Below, one piece after another: positions 1 through 13,189 of a stretch of DNA of 64,000 bases; within the stretch, counting starts at the first letter, position 1, and the number at the start of each line of letters is the position of its first letter. The notes beneath the pieces are model-generated. The model saw only the letters and a list, made by a program, of their open reading frames with translations. It searched no databases and was not told where the DNA came from. The stretch is from Mobula hypostoma. Taxonomy: Eukaryota. Location: assembly GCF_963921235.1 (NCBI RefSeq), contig NC_086097.1, positions 10,230,001-10,294,000 on the forward strand, given 5' to 3'. The translations under genes and the position numbers were made by a program.

Positions 1-518
1 TTCCAAATCGTACATAAATATTTCTCGTAGCTGAACGTTCATGACCTCATGAGCTTTCGGTGTAACAGTTTCTACTATTTTGTTCAGCCATTCAACTTTA
101 AACAAACTTGCAGTTCTTTTGTGCTTCACGCCCTTCGCTTTTTTTGAATTCGACATAGTGAATCAACATTTTTTTCCAATAAAAACTTAATAAGCCATCT
201 ACAGGCTTTGAAACAGATCTTTGCAAACTTTACGATATGAACACTGTCCGCGAAACATGATTGCCACCATGATGCAGCTGTACAAACCAGAACAGGATAG
301 GTGAGGTGATGTAAATTAGTGACATGCTTTGTGGTATTAGAAAAAACGACTAACTAGTTAACAGAAACAGTTAGCTAAAAGATTATTTTCAGTAAGTATA
401 ATTATTAACTACTACATTATTTTAGGTAACTAACCTTTTGTATGCACATTAATTTCCTTTGTGCACTGGTTGAAAAACGTGTGTGCGCACGCATACGCGT
501 ACAGCTTAGCGGGAACTA
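1..518 (-). mobile_element. hAT-type DNA transposon, 5' part (family with CAATGTTCCCTCTAA-like TIR), runs off the window start
   Basis: The reverse complement of 1-156 reads MSNSKKAKGVKHKRTASLFKVEWLNKIVETVTPKAHEVMNVQLREIFMYDLE, homologous to ORF 22868-23089. The end at about 518 (rc catagttcccgctaag) resembles the TIR of the copies at 22602 and 51641. Confidence 0.7.
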
Positions 519-739
519 TGCTCCCCAGATCATCAAAATCTTTAAGCGACCACAATAGAGACCATCTCCCACCGTCCAGCCTGGACAGTGTTTTGATATC
601 CCGTGATACTCTGTAAAGATATCGACAGCAAGATGTTATATAGGGAAAGAAAGATTGCTCTTTAAAACCAAAGGGGTAAGCAATGTGTTTAGCCAGGCAA
701 ATTAACTCTCATCAGTAATGTTAAGTTCAGTGAGGGGTA

Positions 740-1115
740 TATGGGTACCTAAAGCAGGTCATTATGAAGAAGGAGGAGATGTTGGATGTCATAGTTTGCA
801 TAAGGATCAAATAGGATCTATTCCAGACTGCTTTTGGAAGCAAGGCTGGAGAGAGCTGAGGCCCTGACGGGGAACGTTTGCATTTTCACTAACCATGGTG
901 CAATGCCAGAAGTCTGGAAGTTCGCTAAAGTTATTACTTTATCCTCATCTTAACAAAACACTGGCTAGGATATATGTACTTGGACAATGTTGAGCAGTAC
1001 TGGTTACCACACCTTTGGAAAGTGCAGACGAGATTTGTGAGGATGTTGCCTAGATCGGGGAACTTTAGCTCTGAGGGAGGCTTATTTTCTGAAAGGAGAG
1101 ATGAGAATGTGTTCA
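740..1115 (+). mobile_element. Highly degenerate CR1 LINE ORF2 fragments
   Basis: ORF 974 YLDNVEQYWLPHLWKVQTRFVRMLP matches the CR1 motif HLEYCVQFWSP...VQRRFTRMIP seen in the intact copies in this window. Confidence 0.6.
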
Positions 1116-1535
1116 AGCCTGTAACAATAAAGTTTGCTCCCCTTTCCCATTTTGATGAAGAGTTAACTCCCTAAGATATTAACTCTGTTTCTTGCTTCAC
1201 AAGCGGTGTCTAACTTGCTAAGTGTCCTCCAGCAGTTTCTGATATTTTTTATTGTGCTTCTAGGGTGGATGAAGAATGGACACAACTTTAATAAGGGAGA
1301 GGCAAAGGATGATTGCACAATAGGAGTATCAGGCCTGGGACTGGATAACAGCTTCTTCCCCCACACTGCGAGACTAGTAAATACCCTGCCACCACCGAGG
1401 TCTCGTCACCAGGAAGCCGGCTGTTTACTGTTACTGTACCAGAGTCAGGTTGTTTGTCAGAATCAGAAACACAATCAGGTTTAATATCTCTGGCAAATGT
1501 CATGAAATTTATATATATATATATATATATATATA

Positions 1536-2250
1536 GTCATAGTCATACTTTATTAATCCCGGGGGAAATTGGTTTTTGTTACAGTGGCTCCATAAATAAT
1601 AAATAGTAATAGAACCATAAGTAGTTAAATAGTAATATTTAAATTATGCCAGTAAATTATGAAATAAGTCCAGGACCAGCCTATTGGCTCAGGGTGTCTG
1701 ACCCTCCAAGGGAGGAGTTGTAAAGTTTGATGGCCACGAGCAGGAATGACTTCCTATGACGCTCTGTGCTGCATCTCGGTGGGATGAGTCTCTGGCTGAA
1801 TGTACTTCTGTGCCCAACCAGTACATTATGTAGTGGATGGGAGACATTGTCCAAGATGGCATGCAACTTGGACAGCATCCTCTTTTCAGACACCACCGTG
1901 AGAGAGTCCAGTTCCATCCCCACAACATCACTGGCCTTACAAATGTTTATTGATTCTGTTGGTGTCTGCCACCCTCAGCCTGCTGCCCCAGCACACAACA
2001 GCAAACATGATAGTACTGGCCACCACAGACTCGTAGAACATCCTCAGCATCGTCCGGTAGATGTTAAAGGACCTCAGTCTCCTCAGGAAATAGAGACAGC
2101 TCTGGCCCTTCTTGTAGACAGCCTCAATATTCTTTGACCAGTCTAGTTTATTGTCAATTTGTATCCCCAGGTATTTGAAATCCTCCACCATGTCCACACT
2201 GACCCCCTGGATGGAAACAGGGATCACCGGTACCTTAGCCCTCCTCAGCT
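1536..2250 (-). mobile_element. Rex1/Babar LINE, 5'-truncated 3' end
   Basis: ORFs 1937-2227 (FKYLGIQIDNKLDWS...LYFLRRLRSF) and 1681-1923 (SHPLH...RHRKSF), then 3' UTR and (CATAGT)n tail. Near-identical copy at 38802-39168. Confidence 0.9.
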
Positions 2251-2787
2251 CCTTATATATATAGCAAAAAAAGGTAAATAAGAACTGCAGAAGGAGAGAA
2301 AAAAAGCAGTATTCATGGTTTCAATGTCCATTCAGAAATCGGACAGCGGGTGGGGGGGTGGGTGAAGAAGCTGTTCCTGAATCATTGAGTGTGTACCTTC
2401 AGGCTTCTGTACTTCCTTCCTGATGATGGCAATGAGAATAGGGCATGTCCTGGGTAATTAATGTTAGATGCTGACTTCCTGAAGTATCGCCTTTTGAAGG
2501 TGTCCTGGATGCTAGAACTTGTATAATGCCTTTTGCAGAGAAAGAAATGAAATTATTACTGAGCTGTCTAGTTCTTGTCAGTGGAAGGGCATGTGTGAAA
2601 GCAGGAGAGGAATGAAAATGTTGAAGCTGTAAGATGCAAAGCATATTTCGCTGGAAAGCTGAAATAAGTGGTGGAAATTGAGCATTTTGGAGTGAGAAAA
2701 ATGGATTTAATGATATCAAATGTCCCTTTGCTTACAGTATATTCTCCCAAAGACAGTTTCAATTTGTTTTCAGTCTGAAACTCCTTT

Positions 2788-2790
<3 letters not shown>

Positions 2791-2831
<41 letters not shown>
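2791..2831. repeat. (CA)n microsatellite
   Basis: About 20 perfect AC units. Confidence 0.98.
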
Positions 2832-2835
<4 letters not shown>

Positions 2836-2929
2836 AGACAAGCTACTTTCAAGTGTTTAAAGTAATGTCACCATATTTCTAGCCCAAAATATTACATAAT
2901 CAGTACCACTTACGATTTTGTTTTATTTT

Positions 2930-3230
2930 TATTATTTATTTAGCAATACAGCACAGCGTCATACCTTTCAGCCCTTCAGGCCACACTGCCCCAGCAACCC
3001 CACAACCCTGATTTACCCTCGCCTAATCACAGGATAATTTACAATAACCAATTAACCTACCCAGTAGATCTTTGGACTGCGGGAGGAAGCCAGAGCACCC
3101 AGGGAAAACCCACGCATTCCACGGGGAGGATGTACAGAAACTGCTCACAGATTGGTGCCAGAATTGACTCTGACCCCGATCTCTGGAATGCCCTGAGGTG
3201 TAATTGTATCATGATTACCACTACACTAGA
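2930..3230 (-). mobile_element. V-SINE/HE1-type tRNA-derived SINE
   Basis: V-domain-like ctttggactgcgggaggaagccagagcacccagggaaaacccacgcattccacggggag. Related copies at about 10000-10160, 18740-19260, 39290-39430 (+), 50640-50860 and 54220-54500. Confidence 0.8.
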
Positions 3231-3403
3231 GTGGCACACAACAGTTTTTGTCAAGTTTAGATCTTTCAAACAATGTAATAAAAAATGCAGAAAACTTTCA
3301 GGCAACACATTGATCTTGCCTCTAATGTTTATCTATTTGTAATTTATGGTCTAATTTTTGTTTGGTCAATAATCATTCGTTTTTCAATAAGCTTTACTGA
3401 AGT

Positions 3404-3609
3404 TCCCGCTTGATGGCGCAACAATATCAGTGCCAGACTCCGGAGCGAAGGTTCCCGAGTTCGAATCCAAGTCGGGCTGAGCATCAATCTAACAACTCAG
3501 CCTCGTAAAAACAAGAACAGCTTACTACAGAAACACCGTCAAAAAGACGGTTCCCGATAACTCCACTGCCGAGTGAAGGGCTATTCTTCTTCTTCTTCTT
3601 CTTCTTCTT
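3404..3609 (+). mobile_element. tRNA-derived SINE with (TTC)n tail and 12-bp TSD
   Basis: A-box-like tggcgcaac, B-box gagttcgaatcc, (ttc)n tail; TSD ctttactgaagt at 3392-3403 and 3610-3621. Confidence 0.85.
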
Positions 3610-3969
3610 CTTTACTGAAGTGCAGGCTGCAAGAGGTCTTCAGCTGGTTAATTATTGTAGAAACTATGTGAACTGTAGAATTGTCTCATTAAAATCAATA
3701 TACTGCACAAAGTTTTAAAGTTAGTCATACAAAACAGATGAAGATAAATTAAAAGAAAAGGAAAAAGATTGTTGTTACTTGCCACCTCAAACAATCCTTG
3801 TAGCCCCAGAGAATTTTCCTATGAGTGAAGTACCTTGTCATTCAGTGACAGCTGGAGCATGCCTTGTTCCCATAACCAAAAATGAGATAGTGACCAGATT
3901 AGATTAGATTGATGTGCACAACAGCTGAGTAAGGAGTTGAAATCTCTACTCTTCCATGATGTGTAATGT

Positions 3970-4935
3970 GCAACTTTATGCAAAGGGATGTGGGAGTCTT
4001 CATGTAGGATTCTCTAAAAGATAACTTGGAGTTTGAGTTTGTGGTAAGAAAGACAAATACAATGTTAGCATTTGTTTTGAGGAGACTAGAATACAAACTT
4101 ACTTTCTTACTTGGGCCCTTAGTTCCCAATGCAGCATAGGCCATCGATGACCTTCTGTCTCCGTTGTCCCCTGAAGTTGATGGTATGGTTCGAGTACATC
4201 AATGTTTCTACAATCCATTACATCCAATGTTCATGGAATTGGTGTATACTGCTTCACCAAAGCACTGTTGGCTGGCCTTACCCATTTCCATCTCTCACAA
4301 TGGGGACAAAGGCTTGGACTTTGAGAGGCACTAAAATACCAAAAGCAAGGATGCAATACTGAAGCTTTATAAGGCATTGATCAAGCCACGCATGGAGTAC
4401 AGTGAGCAATTTTGGGTGTCTTACCTAAGCAAGGATGTGCTGGCATTGGAGAGGTTCCAGAGGAGGTTTACAAGAATGATCCTGGGAATTAAGAAGTTAA
4501 TGTATTGTATAGGGAGTGTTTCATAGCTCTGGGTCTGTACTCACTGGAGTTTTGAAGAATGAGGGAGGATCTGATCGAAGCCAATCGAATATTAAAAGGC
4601 CAAGATAGAGTGGCTGTGGAAAGGTTATTTTCTATAGTGGGTGAGTCAAAGACCAGAGGTCACAGCCTCAGAACAGGAGATGCCTCTTTAGAACAGAGAA
4701 GAGGAGGAATTTCTTTAGCCAGAGAGTGGTGAATCTGTGGAATTTATTGTCGCAGATGCTGTGGAGGCCAAATCACAGGGTATATTTAAGGCGGAGGTTG
4801 ATGAGTTCTTGATTTATCAGGCAATCAAAGGTTATGGGGAGAAAGTAGGAGAATGGAGTAGTGAGGTCTAATAAATCTGCCATGATGAAATGGTGGAGTA
4901 GACTCGATTGGCTGAATGGCCTAACTCAGCTCCTA
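3970..4935 (+). mobile_element. Degenerate CR1 LINE 3' end, interrupted at about 4098-4340 by a short unrelated insertion
   Basis: RDVGVFM...LYKALIKPRMEY...FFSQRVVNLWNLL-type sequence followed by CR1 3' UTR. Confidence 0.8.
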
Positions 4936-5567
4936 CCATATGTATTATGGTCTTGTGATATATGAAACGGCTCAGTTTGACTCCCAAGAGGGAGGATGTT
5001 GAATCAACGTAAACTTCGAAGCAAGCATTTTCTAAGTGAATTAGAGTGACTTAGAGAAACTGGAAAATATACTTCACAAAGGCATTAGTAATCTGACAGA
5101 ATAGGCGTAAATCTGGCAAGTGTACTTCAAGACAGGTCAGAATCAGAATCAGGTTTAATATCACTGGCCTATGTCGTGAGATGTGTTGCTATGTGGCGGC
5201 AGTACATTGCAATACATAATAATAAAAACTGCAAATTGCAGTGATAAGTATATATATAAAATGATATTGCTGGCTGTATTGTTGTTGGCTGTAGCTGTGT
5301 ATTCGAGCTGTAGCAATCTCAAATGGGAATATTTGTTGACTTCCATCAGAGCTGCTCACACAAGTCACCTTTTTAATGGCGCCGTTGGAGTTTCAACTGC
5401 AGTTGATGCCACCGCAACTGAGTGAGAATTAGTATGTTTTTGTAGGGAGAATAAAGAGATAATTTATTTCCTATAGGATGATATCCTAGAAAGCAGAGAT
5501 GAACAAAGGGATGTTGCAGTACACATGTAAAAATTACCAGAAGTTACATCAGAGATTAGCAAGGCCA

Positions 5568-6208
5568 TAATATATAACTTCCTCACAGACAGGACCCAGG
5601 CAGTAAAAATAGGGGACAAGCTCTCCTCTACACTCACTCTGAGCACCGGTGCCCCACAAGGCTGTGTACTCAGCCCCCTGCTGTACTCACTGTACACCCA
5701 TGATTGTGTAGCCAAGTTTCCATCAAACTCAATATATAAGTTCGCTGATGACACAACAATTGTAGGCCTTATCTCAGGTAATGATGAGTTTGAGTACAGG
5801 GAAGAAATTAAGAACCTGGTGGCATGGTGCGAAGACAATAACCTATCCCTCAACTTCAGCAAGACGAAGGAATTGGTTGTTGACTTCAGAAGGAGTAGCA
5901 GACCACACGACCCCATTTACATCGGTGGTGCACACGTGGAACAGGTCAAAAGCTTTAAGTTCCTCGGGGTCAATATCACAAATGACCTGACTTGGTCCAA
6001 CCCTCCAAATATCCAGACATGCCTCTCGGTTTTTTTTGCACTACCTTACCTTCCATTTTTCTATTTTCTATTTATGATTTATAATTTAATTTTTTAATAT
6101 TTACTATTGATTTGTAATCCAGGGTTGCGGGAAGCACAGAATCAAATATCACTATGATGATTGTATATTCTAGTATCAATTGTTTGACGACAATAAAGTA
6201 TAAAGTAT
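5568..6208 (+). mobile_element. Rex1/Babar LINE fragment with internal deletion
   Basis: Encodes GAPQGCVLSPLLYSLYT and KFADD, then WCEDNNLSLNFSKTKELVVDFRR; jumps at about 6000 to the 3' UTR ending aataaagtataaagtata. Confidence 0.88.
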
Positions 6209-6236
6209 ATAAAAAACCCCCATCAAGGCTCTAGAT

Positions 6237-6316
6237 CAGTGGTTCCCAAACAGGGGACAACAGATCCCTTGCTTAATGGTATTGGTCCATGGCATAATGA
6301 AAGTTGTGAACTCATG
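6237..6316. mobile_element. 80-bp hAT/Charlie-type MITE
   Basis: Starts cagtggttcccaaac; 8-bp TSD ctctagat (6229-6236) / ctctagaa (6317-6324). Related copies at 32481-32555 and about 39632-39710. Confidence 0.75.
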
Positions 6317-6337
6317 CTCTAGAATATATTTTGAGAT

Positions 6338-6470
6338 CCTGTCCTGAAGAAGGGTCTTGGCTCTTCTATTTGTCCATTTCCATAGATGCTGCCTGACCTG
6401 CTGAGTTCCTCCAGCGTTTCGTATATGTTGCTATAAGTTTCCAGCATCTGCAGAATTTCTTGTGTTTATA
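6338..6470 (+). mobile_element. Penelope-derived short element (3' end/pLTR)
   Basis: gtcctgaagaagggtcttgg...catagatgctgcctgacctgctgagttcctccagc...ccagcatctgcag; hammerhead region partly deleted. Confidence 0.75.
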
Positions 6471-6499
6471 TTATGAGACAGATAGAATTGAAAAGATAC

Positions 6500-7960
6500 A
6501 TAGATTGATAGATGCTTTATTGATCCCAAAGTAAATTAGTGTCACAGTAGCAATACAAGAGCGCAGATAAGCAAATATACAAACATTAGAAGATAAGTAA
6601 GAAAGAATAGAAAATAAGTTATCATAAATGGTCTAACAGGAGGAGGGTCATCACTTCCCTGGCTATAGGTTGACTCATCATAGAGCCTAATGGCCAAGAG
6701 TAACAATGACCTCATATCGTGCTCTTTGGAGCAGAGCAGTTGTCTTGGCCTTTAACTAAAAGTGCTCCTCTGTTTAAACAAGGTAGCATGCAGAGGGTGA
6801 GAAAATTTGTTCAGATTTGCCAGGATTTTCTGAGGAGTCCTTTGTTCTACCACAGGCTCCAGTGTGTCCAGTCTGACTCCTATAACAGAGCCAGCCTTTC
6901 TAATCAGTTTATTGAGCTTGCTGGCTTCACCGATGTGATTGCCATTGCCCCAGCACACCACTGCATAGAAGATTGAACTGGCGACAACAGACTGGTAGAA
7001 CATATGAATGAGAGGCCTGCATACTCTAAAGGACCTCAGTCTCCTCAGGAAGTAGAGGCAACTCTAGCCCTTCTTGTACACAACCTCTCTGCTGGTGTTC
7101 CATTCAAGTCTGTCACCCAGCTATTTGTAGGTGCTCACTACATCCACATCCTCACCATCAGTAGTAACAGGGAGCAGTGCAGGTTTAGTCTTCCTAAAGT
7201 CCATCACCATCTCGTTTGTCTTACTGAAGTTGAGCTTCAGATGATTCAGCTTGCACCATTTGACAAAGTCCTCCACCAGGGCCCTGTATTCATTCTCCAT
7301 CCTCCCTTTATACACCCAACCGTTGCTGAGTCATCTGAGAATTTCTGCAGATGACATGACCTAATGTTGTATCTAAAGTCCGGGGTATACAGAGTAAACA
7401 AGAAGGGTGCCAATACAGTCCCCTGTGGGGCCCCAGTGCTGCTTATAGCCATATCTGACACACAGCTCTGAAGCCACACAAACTGTGGGCTGCCAGTCAG
7501 GTAGTCCATTATCCAGGATACAATGGAAGTGCCTATCTGCAGTGAATGGAGCTTTTTCACCAGTAGTGAGGGCTGTATGGTATTGAAGGCACTAGATAAA
7601 TCAAAAAACATGATCCTCACAGGGCTGCCTGCTTATCCAAATTGGAATAGGCTCCGTTCAGCAGGTAGATGACGCCATCGTCGACTCCAACATGGTCCTG
7701 GTAGGCAAACTACAGGGGTCGAGGACTAATATGACCAGGGGTCAGAGATGAGCCAGGACCAGCCTTTCTAGGGTTTTTATATGTGTGAGAGGTCAGGGCC
7801 ACCGAACGGTAGCCATTCAAGACTTTTGGTTGGCCCTTCTTGGGTACTGGGACAATACATGATGTTTTCCACACTGTCAGGACCCCCTCCAGGCCGAGAC
7901 TCAGATTGAAATTGTGCTGGAGAACTCCACACAGCTGCTCAGCCCACTCCTTCAGGACAC
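6500..7960 (-). mobile_element. Rex1/Babar LINE, RT region to 3' end
   Basis: ORF 7246-7620 FDLSSAFNTIQP...GAPQGTVLAPFLFTLYT...KFSDD and ORFs 7121 and 6752; same subfamily as 41320-41790. Confidence 0.92.
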
Positions 7961-7961
7961 A

Positions 7962-8160
7962 ATGCTAAACCTACATTGAACTTCATCAATTTCTCCTTCC
8001 AGAAAAAACAAATTTTCCCCCTCCCCCTCTTCCTCTATTCCCCACTCTGACCTTTTACCTCTTCCCTCCTGCCCATTGCTTCCCTCTGGGTCCCCCTTCT
8101 CCTTCCCTTTCTCCTATGGTCCACTCTTCTCTCTTATCAAATTCTTTCTTTTTCATCACT
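7962..8160 (+). mobile_element. Penelope-like 3' pyrimidine-rich region
   Basis: C/T-rich UTR complementary to the purine-rich tracts next to other Penelope ends (12320-12440, 61950-62100). Confidence 0.5.
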
Positions 8161-8242
8161 TGTACAGTTAGTATGTACAATATATGAGGAGAGCTTGGAT
8201 AAGCCTAGGAGGGGGATGGGAGTGTTTCAGATATGGAGACTG

Positions 8243-8705
8243 TAAGACCATAAGATATAGGAGCAGAATTAGGCCATTTGGATCATCCAGTCCACTTCAC
8301 CATTTCATCATGGCTGATCGCTTTTCCCTCACAGCCCCAATCACCTGCCTTCTCCCTGTATCCATTCATGCCCTGACTATTCGAGAATCTGTCAACCTCT
8401 GCCTTAAATATAGCTTAAGATTTGGCCTCACAGTCGCCTGTGGCAACGAATTCCACAGATTCATCATTATCTGCCTAAAGAAATCTCCCCTCATCTCTGT
8501 TCTAAAAGAATGCTCTTCTATTCTGAGGCTGTGTCCTCTGGTCTTAACCTCTCTCACCATTGGGAACATCCTCTCCACATCCACTCTGTCAAGACCTTTC
8601 AACATTCGATATGTTTCTATTAGGTCGCTCCTCATTTTTCTGAATCCCAGTGAGTAGTGGCCCAGAGCCATCAAACACTCTTCATATGAGAATCTTTTCA
8701 ATCCA
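8243..8705 (-). mobile_element. CR1 LINE 3' end
   Basis: ORF 8366-8701 YSLGFRKMRSDLIETYRMLKG...TRGHSLRI...LWNSLP plus tail. Confidence 0.92.
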
Positions 8706-10164
8706 GGAGAAGTGGAAAAAGGTTCAGATGGGATATGGTGAGGAAAAGCCCAATGAACCTGCTTTCTGTGACATATACCCTGTGTAATCCTACATAAATT
8801 AAATCATTGTGGCATGAATTCTTATGAATAATGAATACAAAACACTTGACTGTGTTACAATGATAATTTTTATTAAATGGTCGATTTCTCTGCAATAAAG
8901 AGCAGAGGAACTGTCACACAAAGAAACTCATACCCGTAGGATACTTTTGGTATGAATATACAGTTTTGAATCATTTCCATATTATGTACACTGTACTTAT
9001 CCAGAAATATTTAATTGTCAATCTTTTAGAATGTTTACTGGTACTTTAGGAGAAACTACTGAATTAATCAGACTCTATTGGATAGCCTTACACAGAAATA
9101 TTCTGCTATTAAGCCATGTGTCACAAGGATTGATGGAGTCTCAGACTGTAATTAAACAGAACATTTCTACTTCTCCATAGAAACTCACATAACTCTGAAT
9201 CCTATGACAGTCCTTTGCAATCTCCTCAAACATTCGATAAGCTACCTAGGTAAGTAATAGTTCTAACACAAGCAGCTGCTAACTCTATCGATGAACTATG
9301 TAAATGACATTTCACTGCTCCCAAAGTTATTGCATACCAGACAGCTTAGCTTAACTCTCACCAGTCAAAATCAAAGAGACATTGTTTTTAAATGTCTGAA
9401 GAATTGACTTCTTGAAAAGTGGGTCTGTATCTTGAATGTTTTCCCTACCTTTTATCTACATGTACATTTATTTAAACAGCATTCCTTGCAAAGATCTATC
9501 AATGCAATTTGTGTTCGTCCCTGTAAAGTAGAACAGAACACCACACTACTGTGTGCCAGATTATGCATTTTGGCTTTCAGTGATCTATTAGCAACTCACC
9601 CAGCTTCACCCTGAATTGAGACTGACGGCTACTTTTGCAGAGTGCTGTGATCTCTCACGGGCAGTACAAAGAATGTTTCAGCTGGGACAGAAATCCATAG
9701 GATATTAAGATCTGCTGCTATATCATATTAAACCACTTGATCCATCGAGTCTGCTCCACCATTTTATCACGGCTGATTCATTTTCCTTCTCAGCCCCGAT
9801 CTCCTACCTTCTCCTCGTATCTCTTCATGCTCTGACTAATCAAGAATCTATCACCTTCTGCATTACATATATCCAATGACTCGTGCTCCATCTATCCCTC
9901 CTGCAGACCATCCCTAATCTTAAAAGAAGGCAATAGTTTTAGATTCCCACTTTACAGAAATAGGGCACTTAGTTGATCAAGTCCTCAGTAACATTCAGCT
10001 CACATTCACACTAATCTTACACTGAGCCCATATTACCCTCCCTACATTGGCATCAACTTGTGCCAAATTCAACTACTCAACTACATATGAAGGGCAACTT
10101 GCAGTGGCTAATTCACACACCAACTCAGGTGTCTTTGGATTTAGGGAGGAAACAAGAGGCTATC

Positions 10165-10532
10165 AAAGGCTCACCGTTGGTCAGGGTCGATCATGAATAA
10201 CGCGCCCATGCTGTCTATGTGATACACAAGCTGCAACAGTACAATATTGACAGGAAGCTGCTGCCCATGTAGCAGACTCCCTCTCTCCATGCACCTGAGC
10301 AAGCCACAGAAATGGCAGAGACCAATGCAGTTGGGCACCAGTGGACTCACAGAGTTGCCAGTCAGCATTGAACTCTATGTAGGACCACCTTAGGGACTAC
10401 CGGTCTGGACTTTTCCTGGGGGTTTGCTTCCGAAACCTTCCTGATGACTGGGTGTAGCTGTAAGGCAATAGAGCTTTGAGATCAGAGTTTTCCTTCTCCT
10501 CGATGAGCTGCCAACCATCGCAGTTGAGCCCC
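10165..10532 (-). mobile_element. RTE-related non-autonomous element/SINE
   Basis: Shares the ggagagagggagtctgctacatgggcagc domain (rc) with the SINE at 36052-36362. Confidence 0.55.
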
Positions 10533-10537
10533 ATCTT

Positions 10538-12180
10538 CCAGGGGTGATTGATAAGTTCGTGGCCGGCGGTAGGAGTTAATTTTAGAAAACCTAGCACATT
10601 TATTTTTCAACATAATCTCTCCTACATGTAGATTAGATTAGATTCAGTCTTATTGTCATTTTGCCTAGTACAGATACAAAGCCAATGAAATGCAGTCAGC
10701 ATCTGACCAGAAATGCAAAGAATAGTGTTATTTACAAAATATTTGCGAATAAAAAGTAAGTGCTACAGCACACAAATATAAAAGTACTGAGACAGTACAA
10801 TATGGGTGCAATACTGCTTAGTGCTGTGATGTGAGGTTCAGCAGTGTCACAGCTTCAGGGAAGAAGCTCTTCCTATGCCCGCTGATGCGGGAGCAGAGAC
10901 TCCTGTAGCGCCTACCGGATGGGAGGAGAGTAAAAAGTCCATGGATAGGGTGGGATGCATCTTTGATAATGCTTTTCGCCCTGCCCAGGCAGCATTTATG
11001 GTAGATGTTCTCAATGGTGGGCAGTTGGGTGCCGATAATCTGCTGGGCAGTTTTCACCACACGCTGGAGTGCTTTGCGGTCCGATACGGGACAATTGCCA
11101 TACCACACTAGAGATGCAGTTGGTGAGTATGCTCTCAATGGTACAGTGGTAAAAGTCCGTCAGTATCCTGGGACAGAGGTGAGCTTTCTTGATGCTCCGC
11201 AGGAAATAAAGACGCTGTTGCGCCTTTTTGATCAGGACGGAGGAGTTCAGGGACCAGGTGAGATCGTTGGAAATGTGGGCACCAAGGAAATTGAAGCTTG
11301 ATACACGCTCCACTACAGCTCCGTTGATGTAGATGGAGATGTGAGTGTGGCTCCTAGCACACCTAAAATCCACAATGATCTTGGTCTCCTGGGTGTTAAG
11401 GACCAGGTTGTTGTCGGTGCACCACACGGCCAGGTGCTGGACCTCGCCCCAGTAGGCTGTCTCGTCATCCCCTCTGATCAGGCCAACCACTGTGGTGTCG
11501 TCTGCGAACTTGATTATGGAGTTCGAACCATGTACAGGAACGCAGTCATAGGGGAAAAGGGAGTACAGAAGAGGGCTCAGCACACAGCCTTGAGGCATAC
11601 CAGTGTTCAGGGTGAGAGTGGAGGTGGAGAGGTTGTCTACCTTAACTGATTGAGTATGTACACACTTAGTCCAGCTGTCGTGGAGCATATGGATCCCTTC
11701 TTTGTAGAATTGGTCCACAGCACGGGTGATTGATCAGTTTGTGGCCTAAGGTAGAAGGAGATGAGTTATTAACTTCAAACTTTCCGCATTATCACTCAAA
11801 GAGTTGAACTGCACGTGCATGTAACGAGAGCGTCTTGGACCTCCAGGTGGTCCACAGCAGGGGTGATTGATAAGTTCGTGGCCGAAGGATGAAGGCAATG
11901 AGTTATACAGCTCTTGTTAAATGCACGTGCAGTTCAACTATTTGAGCGAAAATGCAGAAAGTTTGATGTTTCTCCTCATCTCCTTCTACTTTGGGCCACG
12001 AACTTATCAATCACCCCTGCTGTGGACCACTTCTGGATGTCCAAGACGCCGACTTCTACAAAGAAGGGATCTGTATGCTCCACAACCACTGGACTAAGTC
12101 TGTAAATGTGGGAAAAATAAATGTGTTTTCTAAAATTGACTCCTTCTACCTTAGGCTATGAACTTATCAATCACCCCTTG
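10538..12180. mobile_element. Mariner-derived non-autonomous element with several TIR copies, interrupted by Rex1
   Basis: TIR aggggtgattgataagttcgtggcc at 10540 and inverted at 12153-12180 followed by TA; encodes the mariner C-terminal motif FYKEGIHMLHDSWTKCV. Confidence 0.8.
10630..11650 (-). mobile_element. Rex1/Babar LINE inserted in the mariner element
   Basis: ORF 11011-11718 GMPQGCVLSPLLYSL...KFADD...QQRLYFLRS; (GATTA)n tail at 10630. Confidence 0.92.
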
Positions 12181-12214
12181 TACCTGAAGCAACCAGTTTT
12201 AAGGTTCCAGTAAT

Positions 12215-12440
12215 CTACAACACACACAAAATACTGGAGGAACATGGGAGCAAGTCAGGAAGCATCTATGGAAATGAATAAACAGTCAACATTTCAGGCC
12301 AAGACCCTTCTTCAGGACTGAGAAGGAAGGGGTGAAAATGCTAGAATTAAAAAAAGTCGGGAGAGTGGAAGGAGGCTAGTTGGAAGGTGATAGGTGAGGC
12401 AAAATGAGTGGGAATGGACAAGGGTTGGAGAAAAAGGCCA
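12215..12440 (-). mobile_element. Penelope-derived element with minimal hammerhead-like core
   Basis: rc 12282-12319: agtcCTGAAGAagggtcttggcctGAAAtgttgactgt. Confidence 0.75.
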
Positions 12441-12952
12441 ATTACCTGCCCTTGCCATTTCTCATCTTTGTAGAAAGGTTCTACCAGATTTAGTAGTTAA
12501 ACCACACATGAAGACCAAGAACTGGACCTGGTTGTCAGAGGTTATTTGAGGTCCAAGCCCCTTTGAGCATTTAATAGGTAGTGGGAGCTTATCACCACTA
12601 CAAAGCTCTCCCATCTATGAAAACCTTAAGGAACAAGAGCACCTGAAGAAAATTCAAACATTGTTCAGTAGGATTCAAGATGAAAAATGGTTTCATGTCA
12701 TTTCATCAGTGTAAGGAGAACAAGGAATAGAGACGCAGATGGGGTCAAAATGGCACTAAATTGCAAATCCTTTTCATTCATCTACAAAAATGGTTTAATT
12801 TTTACCTTTGACGTCTCTCCTCTTCCTTTTCAGGATGGATGGGGTTTTGTTGAAGACCCTGACCTGGAGTTACACTTTGACTTCGGTTCTCTGCAGCGGT
12901 AGGTGACCTGCTCCCGGGTGTAATAACTGGCCAATTTTTGATATCCCTAGGA

Positions 12953-12956
<4 letters not shown>

Positions 12957-13040
<84 letters not shown>

Positions 13041-13136
13041 CCTCTCTCTCTCCCCCTCTCTCCCTCTCTCTCTCTCCCCCCCTCCCCCTCTCTCCCCTCT
13101 CCCTCTCTCCCTCTCTCCCCCTCTCCCCCTCTCCCC

Positions 13137-13189
<53 letters not shown>

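Noticed and set aside
11011..11718. Mariner-RT fusion protein
   Set aside because: Chance in-frame junction where a truncated Rex1 inserted into a mariner remnant.
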